Positions 49,645 to 58,593 of a stretch of DNA of 64,000 bases are shown here, one piece after another. The stretch comes from Thermodesulfobacteriota bacterium (lineage in GTDB: Bacteria > Desulfobacterota_D > UBA1144): contig JAYZEP010000004.1 in NCBI GenBank assembly GCA_036337225.1, positions 1,252 through 65,251 on the forward strand, in the 5' to 3' direction. The number at the start of each line of letters is the position of its first letter. The first letter of the stretch is position 1. The notes below the pieces were generated by a model that made no database searches, was not told where the DNA came from, and saw only the letters and a program-made list of their open reading frames with translations. The position numbers and the translations under genes are program-made.

Positions 49645-52242
49645 TTAAGAAGGATCGACAGATACCGTAACCTTGCTCTTTCCTCTCAGATATTTTTCAA
49701 TTACCGAACTAATTGAGTCTTGAGAAACGCTTTTAATTTTCGAAGAGAAATCGAACGGTTCATTTAAACTTAGGCCGTACAGTCCTGCGTAAGCAATTCT
49801 GGCATTAATTGAAGCATTTCTCTGGAGAGAGATATCGTTTCTACCGATTAGGTAATTCTTGGCTCTTTCCAATTCCTCATTTGTAACACCCTTCTTAATA
49901 AGTTTTTCCAATTCATTATTAATTGCATCAATACTCTGGATTTTCTTTTCAGGAGAGCAACCGATGTAAATACCAAAATATCCATAATCCAAATTGGCTT
50001 TGAAAAAAGAATAAACAGAGTAAGCTAAGCTTTTCTTCTCTCTCAACTCCATAAACAATCTTCCTCCCATTCCAGACAGAACAGCATCGAGGACATTAAA
50101 CGAAAATCTATCCTCTGAGTCCAGACCTGGTGCATATGTTCCAACTATTGTGTGGGATTGTTGCTTGTCCCCCAATTTGATTGATTCAACCACATCCTTG
50201 TCGATCAGATTACATGAAGCAATATTTGGTAATTCTTTTTCTTCGTTTTTAAGAGAAATGTTTTTGTTTAATTCTTCAAGTAAACGATCCACCTTAAAAT
50301 TACCAACCGCGCATAGTAAGATATTATTTTTAGAAATAAAACCTTCATGAGTTTTTAACATATCGTTTCTTTTTATATTACTAACACTCTCCTCAGTCCC
50401 AAACTGGTTCAAAGAGTATGGGTGCTCATTAAAGAGTAATTCGAAGAATTTTTCAGCAACTATGGATTCATAGCTTTGTTTTTTTCGATTCAAATAAGAG
50501 AGTACATCTTTCCTTACAATCTCAATTTCAGAGTCCTTAAATATTGGATTAACAAGAACATCAGAGAATATTGGCACCACTTCTTTTAGATTAGCACTCG
50601 GCCCAACCATCCTAACCCCAAAACTATTTTTTCCCGAAAATCCCTCTATGTCGGCCGCTAAAATCTCCGTATTCATTGCAATCTCATTTTTTGTATAATT
50701 ACTTGATCCTCTTGTTAGCAATTCCGATACCATATTGAATTTACCGTTTGAGGATATGGTTTCATACCTTGAACCGCCAAAGGATACGGATCGCAGAGAA
50801 ATCAAAGGAGTTTTGCTATTTTGTAGAACGACAAGACTGGTGCCACAATCTAGCTGCAATAAAGTTGGTTCCGAATATTGTACGTCTTCAATGGGATAAT
50901 CTTTTATGCTGAAAGTCTCAAAATTGTTTTTGGAGAACTGTAATGTTTCATCAAATCCTTTATTGAGAATCGATTTCAAACTATCAGCATCCTGTTTCTT
51001 GGAATTTCTTGGAAATATTAAATTTAAAGCTAGATTGTCAACGTGAAGAAATTCCTTCGCAACATTTTGTATCACATCAGGCGTTGCATGTTTGATACAT
51101 TCTAGGTAATCCTCTTCAAATTTGATTGAGCCCGTTTCAGATTCTAGGGAACCTATCTTTTGAGCCTGACGCTGTACTGTTTCGTTCTCATAGAGATTTT
51201 GTGTTAACAATTCTGTTTTCGCCCTCTTTAGTTGGTCAGAATCAAAATCCAGGTTAATTATTTTTCTTATTTCTTGAACAATTAATTTCAACGCATCTTC
51301 AATATTGCTTTCTAGCAAGGTTCCGCCAATCACAAAAGCTCCCCCATGCCTCGCAGAAAAATTATAGGAGTATATAGAAGTAACCAGGGCCAACTCCTCT
51401 TTGAGTCTCTTATTTAAAACAGAACTTGTACCAACTCCTAAAATGACTCCCAATATATCGAGAATAGGTGATTTTAAATCAGATGTTTTCTCTGCTCTAA
51501 AAGAAAGAGCGAAATAACACTCATTTACTTCTCTATAGTCAATATCGACCTGCAGTCCAGAGTAATGAAAATTGTCATTTAGTTTTACCGTATTGATATT
51601 GTTAGCTCTAAGGCTGCCAAAAGTTTGATTGATTTTATTTTTTAGCTCGTCTGTTTCTCCACCACCTACTACAATTAATTTAATATTTTTTGGTTGATAC
51701 CATTTATTGTAAAAAGATTGCAAATCTTTTCTTTGGAAGCTCTTTACGCTCTTCGGGGTACCTATTATGGGCAACCCATATGGGTGATCTTGAAACGCGT
51801 TTGCGCATATCATATGCCATAAGACCCTATGAGGTGAATCTTCCCCCATCTTGATTTCTTCAAGGATAACTTCAAGTTCTTTCTTTAGCTCTTCTTCATC
51901 AAATAAAGCATCATGCATACATTCAGAAAAAATACTTAGTGCAACATGGACAAAATCATTTGAAAGTGTGGTGTAATATACCGTTTCGTCATACGAAGTA
52001 AAAGCATTCACTTCTCCACCATGAGCTTCAATTTGTCTTGACACTTCTCCAACTTGTAGTTGTGATGTACCTTTGAAGATCATGTGCTCATGTACGTGTG
52101 CTAGCCCTTTCTCCTTGTCATTCTCATAGGCACTTCCGGTATTGACCCAAACGAATAGTGAGGTTACAGATGAAAATTCATCTTTCTTGAGAATAACCTT
52201 GAGGCCATTGTCTAGATAATATTGATTAATTTTTTCTGCCAT
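49645..52242 (-). CDS. M16-family zinc peptidase, fused two-module (pitrilysin-like) form
   Basis: 865 aa from ATG 52242 (4 nt after the pssA stop). It has the inverted zinc motif HVHEHMIFKGT (HxxEH) and a second, M16-like non-catalytic half. Confidence 0.82.
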   Translation of the reverse strand: MAEKINQYYLDNGLKVILKKDEFSSVTSLFVWVNTGSAYENDKEKGLAHVHEHMIFKGTSQLQVGEVSRQIEAHGGEVNAFTSYDETVYYTTLSNDFVHVALSIFSECMHDALFDEEELKKELEVILEEIKMGEDSPHRVLWHMICANAFQDHPYGLPIIGTPKSVKSFQRKDLQSFYNKWYQPKNIKLIVVGGGETDELKNKINQTFGSLRANNINTVKLNDNFHYSGLQVDIDYREVNECYFALSFRAEKTSDLKSPILDILGVILGVGTSSVLNKRLKEELALVTSIYSYNFSARHGGAFVIGGTLLESNIEDALKLIVQEIRKIINLDFDSDQLKRAKTELLTQNLYENETVQRQAQKIGSLESETGSIKFEEDYLECIKHATPDVIQNVAKEFLHVDNLALNLIFPRNSKKQDADSLKSILNKGFDETLQFSKNNFETFSIKDYPIEDVQYSEPTLLQLDCGTSLVVLQNSKTPLISLRSVSFGGSRYETISSNGKFNMVSELLTRGSSNYTKNEIAMNTEILAADIEGFSGKNSFGVRMVGPSANLKEVVPIFSDVLVNPIFKDSEIEIVRKDVLSYLNRKKQSYESIVAEKFFELLFNEHPYSLNQFGTEESVSNIKRNDMLKTHEGFISKNNILLCAVGNFKVDRLLEELNKNISLKNEEKELPNIASCNLIDKDVVESIKLGDKQQSHTIVGTYAPGLDSEDRFSFNVLDAVLSGMGGRLFMELREKKSLAYSVYSFFKANLDYGYFGIYIGCSPEKKIQSIDAINNELEKLIKKGVTNEELERAKNYLIGRNDISLQRNASINARIAYAGLYGLSLNEPFDFSSKIKSVSQDSISSVIEKYLRGKSKVTVSVDPS

Positions 52243-52246
52243 ATAA

Positions 52247-53035
52247 TCAAATTTCAGAAACACTGGTATGGCGTTTTCTGTACTTCATCATTACAAATTT
52301 AGTTAAACTAAAGAACAAGTAAAAGTAGAACAAAGCAAATGATCCAATTTCGATATGAGTCAAAATTGCTATCGAGAGTATGGATATAATAATTAATGCA
52401 TTGAATTTCCTAATCTGATTGAGAAAGATTTTCTTAGTGAAGATAACGTTGCTTACCATCAACATGCCAATTATAGGGGAAAAAATTAACAAAATAATCT
52501 TTACATGTTCCTGTGAAATAAAAGCAAACTTATAATCAATTAACATAAGTGAAATTATAAGACCTGCCCCCATCGGACTAGGCAAGCCCACAAAGAAAGT
52601 GTTTTTCTCACTGTGAGACAAGGCATTAAATCTTGAAAGCCTAAGGGCAACGCATACGGTTAAAAAAATTGAGCACATCATTCCTAATTTTCCATACGAA
52701 GAAAGATAAAAAACGTAAATCAGAAAAGCTGGTGCAAATCCAAAACAAATTAAGTCAGATAATGAGTCATATTGCATTCCAAATTCTGAATCATTTTTTA
52801 GAAGTCGTGCAATCTTGCCATCAATAAAATCCACAAAAGCAGCTATGTAAATAAAAATACACGACCACCATAGAGATTTTTCTGTTAAAAACTCTGTTTC
52901 AATTCCAATAAATTCCTGATTAGTTAGCGGTAAAAGTTTCACTATGTTGAATATTGCTAGTAATCCAAAAGACAGAGCAATGGTAGTCAGGAGATTTGGA
53001 ATAAGAGAAATTATTTTTTTATTTTTCATAGTCAT
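52247..53035 (-). CDS. pssA: CDP-diacylglycerol--serine O-phosphatidyltransferase
   Basis: Polytopic membrane protein with the CDP-alcohol motif DFIDGKIARLLKNDSEFGMQYDSLSDL (DG..AR...G...D...D). Confidence 0.88.
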   Translation of the reverse strand: MTMKNKKIISLIPNLLTTIALSFGLLAIFNIVKLLPLTNQEFIGIETEFLTEKSLWWSCIFIYIAAFVDFIDGKIARLLKNDSEFGMQYDSLSDLICFGFAPAFLIYVFYLSSYGKLGMMCSIFLTVCVALRLSRFNALSHSEKNTFFVGLPSPMGAGLIISLMLIDYKFAFISQEHVKIILLIFSPIIGMLMVSNVIFTKKIFLNQIRKFNALIIISILSIAILTHIEIGSFALFYFYLFFSLTKFVMMKYRKRHTSVSEI

Positions 53036-53678
53036 TTAATATCCTATACAATATAGTTTCCCCTGCAACTACATGATCCCCTTTCTTCAGGTCAGTTTTA
53101 AAATGTTTAGGCACATATATATCAACCCTTGAGCCAAACTTAATTATCCCAATTCGCTCTCCTCGTTTCAAGGTTTGATTAACAGCAACATAAGAAACTA
53201 TTCTTCTCGCTATAAAGCCAGCATATAGAATCAATACTATATCTTCATCCGAATCCGTTTTTAGATGAATGCATAATCTCTCATTTTCAATTGCCTTAAC
53301 GGAATTGGCTAAATGAAATTTACCCTCATTGTATATCGTCTTATTTACCGCACAGTTAACGGGGGCTCGATTAATATGGCAATCAACAATTGACAAAAAA
53401 ATGCAAACCCTATTCATCTCTTCGTTGGTAAAATTGGATTCGATAGATGTGTCGGCTAATACGATTTTCCCGTCAGCAGGTGAAATTATCCCATCTGTAT
53501 TTGGCAAAATCCGTTCGGGATCCCTAAAGAAATATAGAACAACAAGAAATAAAAAGAAAAGAATTAGTGAGATTATAGATAAGCCAAAAAATGCTGTACC
53601 AAGCCAACAGATAAAAAAAGAAGTTAGAATTGGAAGGTATCCTTCTTTTGCGACTGACCAATTGTAATCTATCTTCAT
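53019..53678 (-). CDS. psd: Phosphatidylserine decarboxylase proenzyme (short type)
   Basis: 219 aa with N-terminal TM segments and the self-cleavage region IKFGSRVDIYVP. It is adjacent to pssA. Confidence 0.85.
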   Translation of the reverse strand: MKIDYNWSVAKEGYLPILTSFFICWLGTAFFGLSIISLILFFLFLVVLYFFRDPERILPNTDGIISPADGKIVLADTSIESNFTNEEMNRVCIFLSIVDCHINRAPVNCAVNKTIYNEGKFHLANSVKAIENERLCIHLKTDSDEDIVLILYAGFIARRIVSYVAVNQTLKRGERIGIIKFGSRVDIYVPKHFKTDLKKGDHVVAGETILYRILNDYEK

Positions 53679-54694
53679 TAGTTCTTAGTTTTATCCACCA
53701 ATTTCTTGCGGAAAAGCGGGGTCATCATAGATCTTAATGTTTCTCCAATATCTTCAATTGGATGTGTTTCTCCTTCTTTGAGCAACCTCGTATAATTTGG
53801 TCTTCCCGATTCGTTTTCCTCTACCCACTCTTTAGCAAACTCACCACTTTGAATATCCTTTAAAATTTTTCTCATTCTTTCCTTGACCTCGCTGTCAATA
53901 ATTCTTGGGCCCCTTGTTATATCTCCATATTTTGCGGTATCACTAATTGAATATCTCATATTAGAAATTCCACCCTCGTATATTAAATCGACAATCAATT
54001 TTACTTCGTGGCAACACTCAAAATAAGCCATCTCTGGCGGATAACCAGCTTCAGTTAATGTTTCAAAACCAGCAAGAATTAAACTCGACAAGCCTCCGCA
54101 GAGAACCGTTTGTTCGCCAAATAAATCTGTCTCAGTTTCATCCTTAAAAGTTGTCTCGATTATGCCAACCCGAGCTGACCCAATACCAGCAGCATAAGCA
54201 AGAGAAATATCTTTGGTATTCCCAGCTGGATCCTGATGTATGGCAATTAAGGAGGGTACTCCTGCACTATCTTGATATTGTCCTCTAACTGTGTGACCAG
54301 GAGCTTTTGGTGCGACCATAAAAACATTTATATCATCATTAGGAATAATTTGTTTGTAGTGAATGTTGAAGCCATGACCAAAAGCTAAATATTTCCCAGA
54401 TGTCAGATTATCTTTTATAGACTCTTCATATATCCCTTTCTGGCTAGTATCCGGGGCAAGAATCATAATTATGTCTGATTGGGAAACTAGTTCGGGGACC
54501 TCTAACACGTTCAATCCAACCGATATAGCTTTTTTCCAGCTCTCTCCATCTTTTCTAAGTCCTACCGATACGTCCACTCCGGAATCTTTTAAATTCTGAG
54601 AATGCGCATGCCCTTGACTGCCAAAGCCAATAATCCCAACTTTTTTGTCTTTTAGTAAATCTAAATTGCAATCTTGCTCATAATATACTTTCAT
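53678..54694 (-). CDS. ilvC: Ketol-acid reductoisomerase
   Basis: 338 aa (class I) with [17 protein letters not shown] and [11 protein letters not shown]. Confidence 0.96.
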   Translation of the reverse strand: MKVYYEQDCNLDLLKDKKVGIIGFGSQGHAHSQNLKDSGVDVSVGLRKDGESWKKAISVGLNVLEVPELVSQSDIIMILAPDTSQKGIYEESIKDNLTSGKYLAFGHGFNIHYKQIIPNDDINVFMVAPKAPGHTVRGQYQDSAGVPSLIAIHQDPAGNTKDISLAYAAGIGSARVGIIETTFKDETETDLFGEQTVLCGGLSSLILAGFETLTEAGYPPEMAYFECCHEVKLIVDLIYEGGISNMRYSISDTAKYGDITRGPRIIDSEVKERMRKILKDIQSGEFAKEWVEENESGRPNYTRLLKEGETHPIEDIGETLRSMMTPLFRKKLVDKTKN

Positions 54695-54706
54695 ATTAAA
54701 TCTCCA

Positions 54707-55189
54707 TTACTTTTTTTTCTCTCTAGGTAGAGATATCAAGCCAGTTCGGGTTATTTCTTTTAATCCAAGTGGCTTCAGGATATCCACAAAAGCCTCTAGT
54801 TTGTCTTTATCACCTGTAAGTTCTAATGTGTACGACTTTGGTCCTACATCGATTACGTTTGATTTAAAGATATCTGCAATCCTTAAAACCTCAGGTCTGG
54901 TACCCTTTGTTGGAACAACTCGAGCAACGAGAAGTTCTCTCTCAATGCTATCAGCACTAGAGAAATCTCTAACCCTAATAACATTAATCATATTTTCAAA
55001 TCTTTTGACTATTTGATCTATTATCCAATCATCGCCCGATGTAACTAGTGTTATTTTTGACAGTGACGGCTTTTCTGTTTCCGCAACGGAAAGACTTTCT
55101 ATGTTAAAACCTCTTGCAGTAAAGAGACCTGCAATTCTCGCAAGCACACCTGGTTCGTTATCAACTAAAATCGATAAAATATGGCGCAA
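54707..55189 (-). CDS. ilvN: Acetolactate synthase small (regulatory) subunit
   Basis: ACT domain HILSILVDNEPGVLARIAGLFTARGFNIESL. TTG start at 55189, preceded by SD GGAG at 7 nt. Confidence 0.92.
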   Translation of the reverse strand: MRHILSILVDNEPGVLARIAGLFTARGFNIESLSVAETEKPSLSKITLVTSGDDWIIDQIVKRFENMINVIRVRDFSSADSIERELLVARVVPTKGTRPEVLRIADIFKSNVIDVGPKSYTLELTGDKDKLEAFVDILKPLGLKEITRTGLISLPREKKK

Positions 55190-55247
55190 AACTCATCTCC
55201 TTTCAGAAGAGAATATAATAAACTAATTTTTAACTATTATATAGTAA

Positions 55248-56795
55248 TCAGACTGCAATCTCGATGAGACGGAGACCTTTGTGATTTAAATATTTACTTA
55301 AGTTTTTTCTGATATTACTGTCGGTTTTTATTTTGAAAGATTTAACCCCAAACGACTCTCCCATTAACTTATAATCGGGGGCTTTTTGTTGTTGCTTTTT
55401 ATTACTTTCGTTAAGAACAATAATGCTTAAATCTATACCTTGTTCTTTTGCTACTATCATTTCCTGCATACTAAACTGAAAGTTAACTCCGGAAGAAATA
55501 CTTACAATCTTTGATCGTGGTCTCGAGAAACTTGCTCCAATTGCCGCAGGAAATCCATAGCCAGGGGTGCCACTTCCTCCAGCCAAGACACTATTTCTAT
55601 AATCCGTAAATTTGAAGAACTGTTGTAGGCTCATATCCTCGTAACTAAAATCAGAACACACAATTGCTTTATCTTTCAATAAAGAGGATAAGGTATCAAA
55701 GATAAGTGCTTTTTTGTTTGTTCTGATTATATTTGATTTTTCTTCAGAGTTTTTAGTGTGTAAATTGCTTAAATATGCTTTGTCCCATTTGAACTGAAAC
55801 TCATCCTTTGCATCTTGAAAAGAATCAAGGAAGAACTTTGAATTTGTATAAATATTAAGATTATCCTTTCTGAAATAATTAAATTGTGTTTTATCGATAT
55901 TAACTACAACGAGTTTCTTATCTGCTAGGGACACCTCTGGAATAATCTTATTCAAATCGCATCCAATAGATATAATTAAATCCGCATTCTTAATTAACTC
56001 TGACGAGGCAAAGGATCCATCGTCTCCAATCATCCCAAAATTACTTTTACTATTACCCAAAACCCCCAAAGACATTAGAGAAGTTAGTGAAGGAATTTTG
56101 AATCTATTAAGAATACGTCGAATATTTTTCACATTTGACATATCACAACTACCTCGACCAAATACAAGAAGTGGTTTTTCTGATGACTTAAGTAGAGATA
56201 TAAAAGCTTTAAAATCTTTTTTTTGTAAAATGGGATCATTTTCATAACTTGGTAGCCTAATTTTATTAGGCATTTTAAACTCAGCTTCGCTGATTAAGAC
56301 ATCTTTTGGCATATCGACAAGCACCGGGCCTTTTCTGCCAGTAGTTGAAATATGATATGCCTCAGCAATTGCTTTAGGAAGATCAATTGTTTTTCTGACT
56401 AAATTGTTATGCTTAGTGCATGATCTAGTAATACCAATATGATCTGCTTCTTGAAATGCATCACTACCAAGAAAGGGGACAGGTACTTGACCAGTAAAAA
56501 TAAGTACGGGAACCGAGTCCATGTAAGCAGTGGTAATACCAGTAACAGTATTCGTAGCAGCAGGTCCAGATGTGCAAAGAACTATTCCTGGCAAAGAACT
56601 TGCTCGTGCAAAACCATCAGCCATATGAGTTGCAGCTTGTTCATGTCGAGTTAGTATATGGTTAATTTTTTTTGAATACGCTGGTAGAACATCATAAACT
56701 TTTAATACATAACCACCAGGTAACCCAAAGATTGTTCGAATTCCCAGATGATATAAAGACTCAAAAAAAAGTTCTGCACCTAAGTATGTTTTCAT
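55248..56795 (-). CDS. ilvB: Acetolactate synthase large-subunit homolog (short, ThDP motif degenerate)
   Basis: The N-terminal Pyr domain is canonical (GLPGG, TRHEQAATHMADGFARA, TSGPAATN, YMDSVP) and it sits in ilvB-ilvN-ilvC order. It is only 515 aa, and the GDG...NN motif reads SSGVNF...NES (see findings). Confidence 0.65.
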   Translation of the reverse strand: MKTYLGAELFFESLYHLGIRTIFGLPGGYVLKVYDVLPAYSKKINHILTRHEQAATHMADGFARASSLPGIVLCTSGPAATNTVTGITTAYMDSVPVLIFTGQVPVPFLGSDAFQEADHIGITRSCTKHNNLVRKTIDLPKAIAEAYHISTTGRKGPVLVDMPKDVLISEAEFKMPNKIRLPSYENDPILQKKDFKAFISLLKSSEKPLLVFGRGSCDMSNVKNIRRILNRFKIPSLTSLMSLGVLGNSKSNFGMIGDDGSFASSELIKNADLIISIGCDLNKIIPEVSLADKKLVVVNIDKTQFNYFRKDNLNIYTNSKFFLDSFQDAKDEFQFKWDKAYLSNLHTKNSEEKSNIIRTNKKALIFDTLSSLLKDKAIVCSDFSYEDMSLQQFFKFTDYRNSVLAGGSGTPGYGFPAAIGASFSRPRSKIVSISSGVNFQFSMQEMIVAKEQGIDLSIIVLNESNKKQQQKAPDYKLMGESFGVKSFKIKTDSNIRKNLSKYLNHKGLRLIEIAV

Positions 56796-56821
56796 TGCGA
56801 TTATTATATATTAATTCTTTT

Positions 56822-57481
56822 TTAACTGCCAAAAGAATAGCTGTTAAATGGTACTAACGGAATTTTATTAGAAATTAATTCCTTTTGAAAATTTAAATCA
56901 ACTTTTGAAAGAAATGTAGAGCTTGCTCGAAAATTCTCATCGATAACTAGTGTATCAGCAAGATTGCCTATATTTACTTGTTTGTATTTTTCTAGTCCTG
57001 TTCCAACAATAACAGAATTATTTGTATCAATACGGTCAGTATCCTTAAGGTTTATATTGAAATTATGTTCAATTAGAGAAATTTTTGAGTTTTCTTGGGA
57101 AAATCGTGCATATGCAAAATGATTATTCTTTAAATCAAATAAGACTATTAAATCTTTATCATTATATGAATAATTAAACGCATAAGATAAGAAAGATGAA
57201 ATTCCATGCACTGGAATCTGAGCGAAATTACCAAATACATTAGCAGCTGATATGCCCACCCTCAAAGACGAAAGGTTACCAGGCCCAACATTGACGTTTA
57301 TATTAGTTAAATCACTCATATCTAGGGAACTTTCTCTAAGTAGTTCCCTAATTAGAGGTACTAAGAGTTCGCAGTGATTTGGTGTTTTATCCTTTTTCTC
57401 TAAGCAAAACAAAACGCCATCTACTGAAGACAGACATACACTTGTTGTATTTTGAGATGTTTCGATATTAAGGGAAATCAT
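56822..57481 (-). CDS. tsaB: tRNA t6A37 biosynthesis protein TsaB (YeaZ)
   Basis: 219 aa. N-terminal MISLNIETSQNTTSVCL and GPGNLSSLRVGIS match the TsaB ASKHA fold. Confidence 0.8.
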   Translation of the reverse strand: MISLNIETSQNTTSVCLSSVDGVLFCLEKKDKTPNHCELLVPLIRELLRESSLDMSDLTNINVNVGPGNLSSLRVGISAANVFGNFAQIPVHGISSFLSYAFNYSYNDKDLIVLFDLKNNHFAYARFSQENSKISLIEHNFNINLKDTDRIDTNNSVIVGTGLEKYKQVNIGNLADTLVIDENFRASSTFLSKVDLNFQKELISNKIPLVPFNSYSFGS

Positions 57482-57487
57482 TAATAA

Positions 57488-58522
57488 TTAGTTCTTTGAA
57501 GCAATTTGATTTTTAACTTCTTGTTCAAGTTTGACTGCCAAGTTCGAATTTTCCTCTAAAAATTTTTGAGAGTTCTCTCTACCCTGTCCAATTCTCTCGC
57601 CAGCATAAGAAAACCATGCGCCAGCCTTTTCAACAAATCCAAATTCTACTCCCAAATCAATTAATTCGCCAAATTTTGAAATTCCTTTGCCAAAAACAAT
57701 ATCAAATTCAGCTTCTCTAAAAGGAGGTGCGACTTTATTTTTAACAACTTTAACTCTAACCCTATTACCAATAACCCCATCAGGTGTCTTTATAGAAGCA
57801 ATTCGCCGCACATCAAGTCTTACTGAGGCATAGAACTTAAGAGCATTCCCACCAGTTGTCGTTTCTGGGCTCATATATGAAGGGACGCCAATCTTCATTC
57901 TTAATTGGTTTATAAAAATAACAGTTGTCTTGGAGCGAGAGACGCTAGATGTTATTTTTCGTAAAGCTTGCGACATTAATCTAGCTTGAAGGCCAACATG
58001 CTTATCGCCCATTTCTCCATCTAACTCCGCCTTGGGAGTTAAGGCTGCAACAGAATCTACCACAACCATATCGACTGCCGAGCTTTTAATAAGCTGATCA
58101 ACTATTTCTAATGCTTGCTCACCAAAATCGGGTTGAGAAAATAGTAATTCGTCCGTTTTAATTCCTAAACCTTTTGCATAAGTTGGGTCAAATGCATGTT
58201 CAGCATCAACGAATGCGGTTGTTCCTCCTTCTCTTTGATTTTCCGCAATTGCGTGCAAAGCAAGAGTAGTTTTTCCTGAGGCTTCAGGTCCGTAGACTTC
58301 TACTACTCTTCCTCTGGGAAAGCCCCCTACTCCTAGTGCGCTATCTAAGGCAATCGAACCAGTAGATACCGCCCTTACATCTTGAACCCTGGAGTCATCA
58401 TCAAGTCTCATGATTGACCCCTTGCCGAACTGTTTCTCAATAGCGGAAACCGTTGCATCTAATGATTTTTTTTTATCTTTATCGCTTTCTTCTTTAATAG
58501 TATTTTTTTTAGTTTCCGACAA
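57488..58522 (-). CDS. recA: Recombinase RecA
   Basis: [13 protein letters not shown], Walker [10 protein letters not shown], and the L1/L2 regions. The only in-frame start is TTG at 58522, preceded by SD AAGGAG at 6 nt. Confidence 0.96.
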   Translation of the reverse strand: MSETKKNTIKEESDKDKKKSLDATVSAIEKQFGKGSIMRLDDDSRVQDVRAVSTGSIALDSALGVGGFPRGRVVEVYGPEASGKTTLALHAIAENQREGGTTAFVDAEHAFDPTYAKGLGIKTDELLFSQPDFGEQALEIVDQLIKSSAVDMVVVDSVAALTPKAELDGEMGDKHVGLQARLMSQALRKITSSVSRSKTTVIFINQLRMKIGVPSYMSPETTTGGNALKFYASVRLDVRRIASIKTPDGVIGNRVRVKVVKNKVAPPFREAEFDIVFGKGISKFGELIDLGVEFGFVEKAGAWFSYAGERIGQGRENSQKFLEENSNLAVKLEQEVKNQIASKN

Positions 58523-58536
58523 CTTGAGCTCCTTCG

Positions 58537-58574
58537 TGATACTATACAGGATTTTTTGATACTATACAGGATTT
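58537..58574. repeat. Perfect tandem direct repeat, 2 x 18 bp (TGATACTATACAGGATTT), period 20 bp
   Basis: Copies at 58537-58554 and 58557-58574 are identical, separated by TT. The repeat lies between the cinA stop (58594) and the recA SD (58529-58534). Confidence 0.95.
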
Positions 58575-58593
58575 AACAGATTGTTTCTATAAT

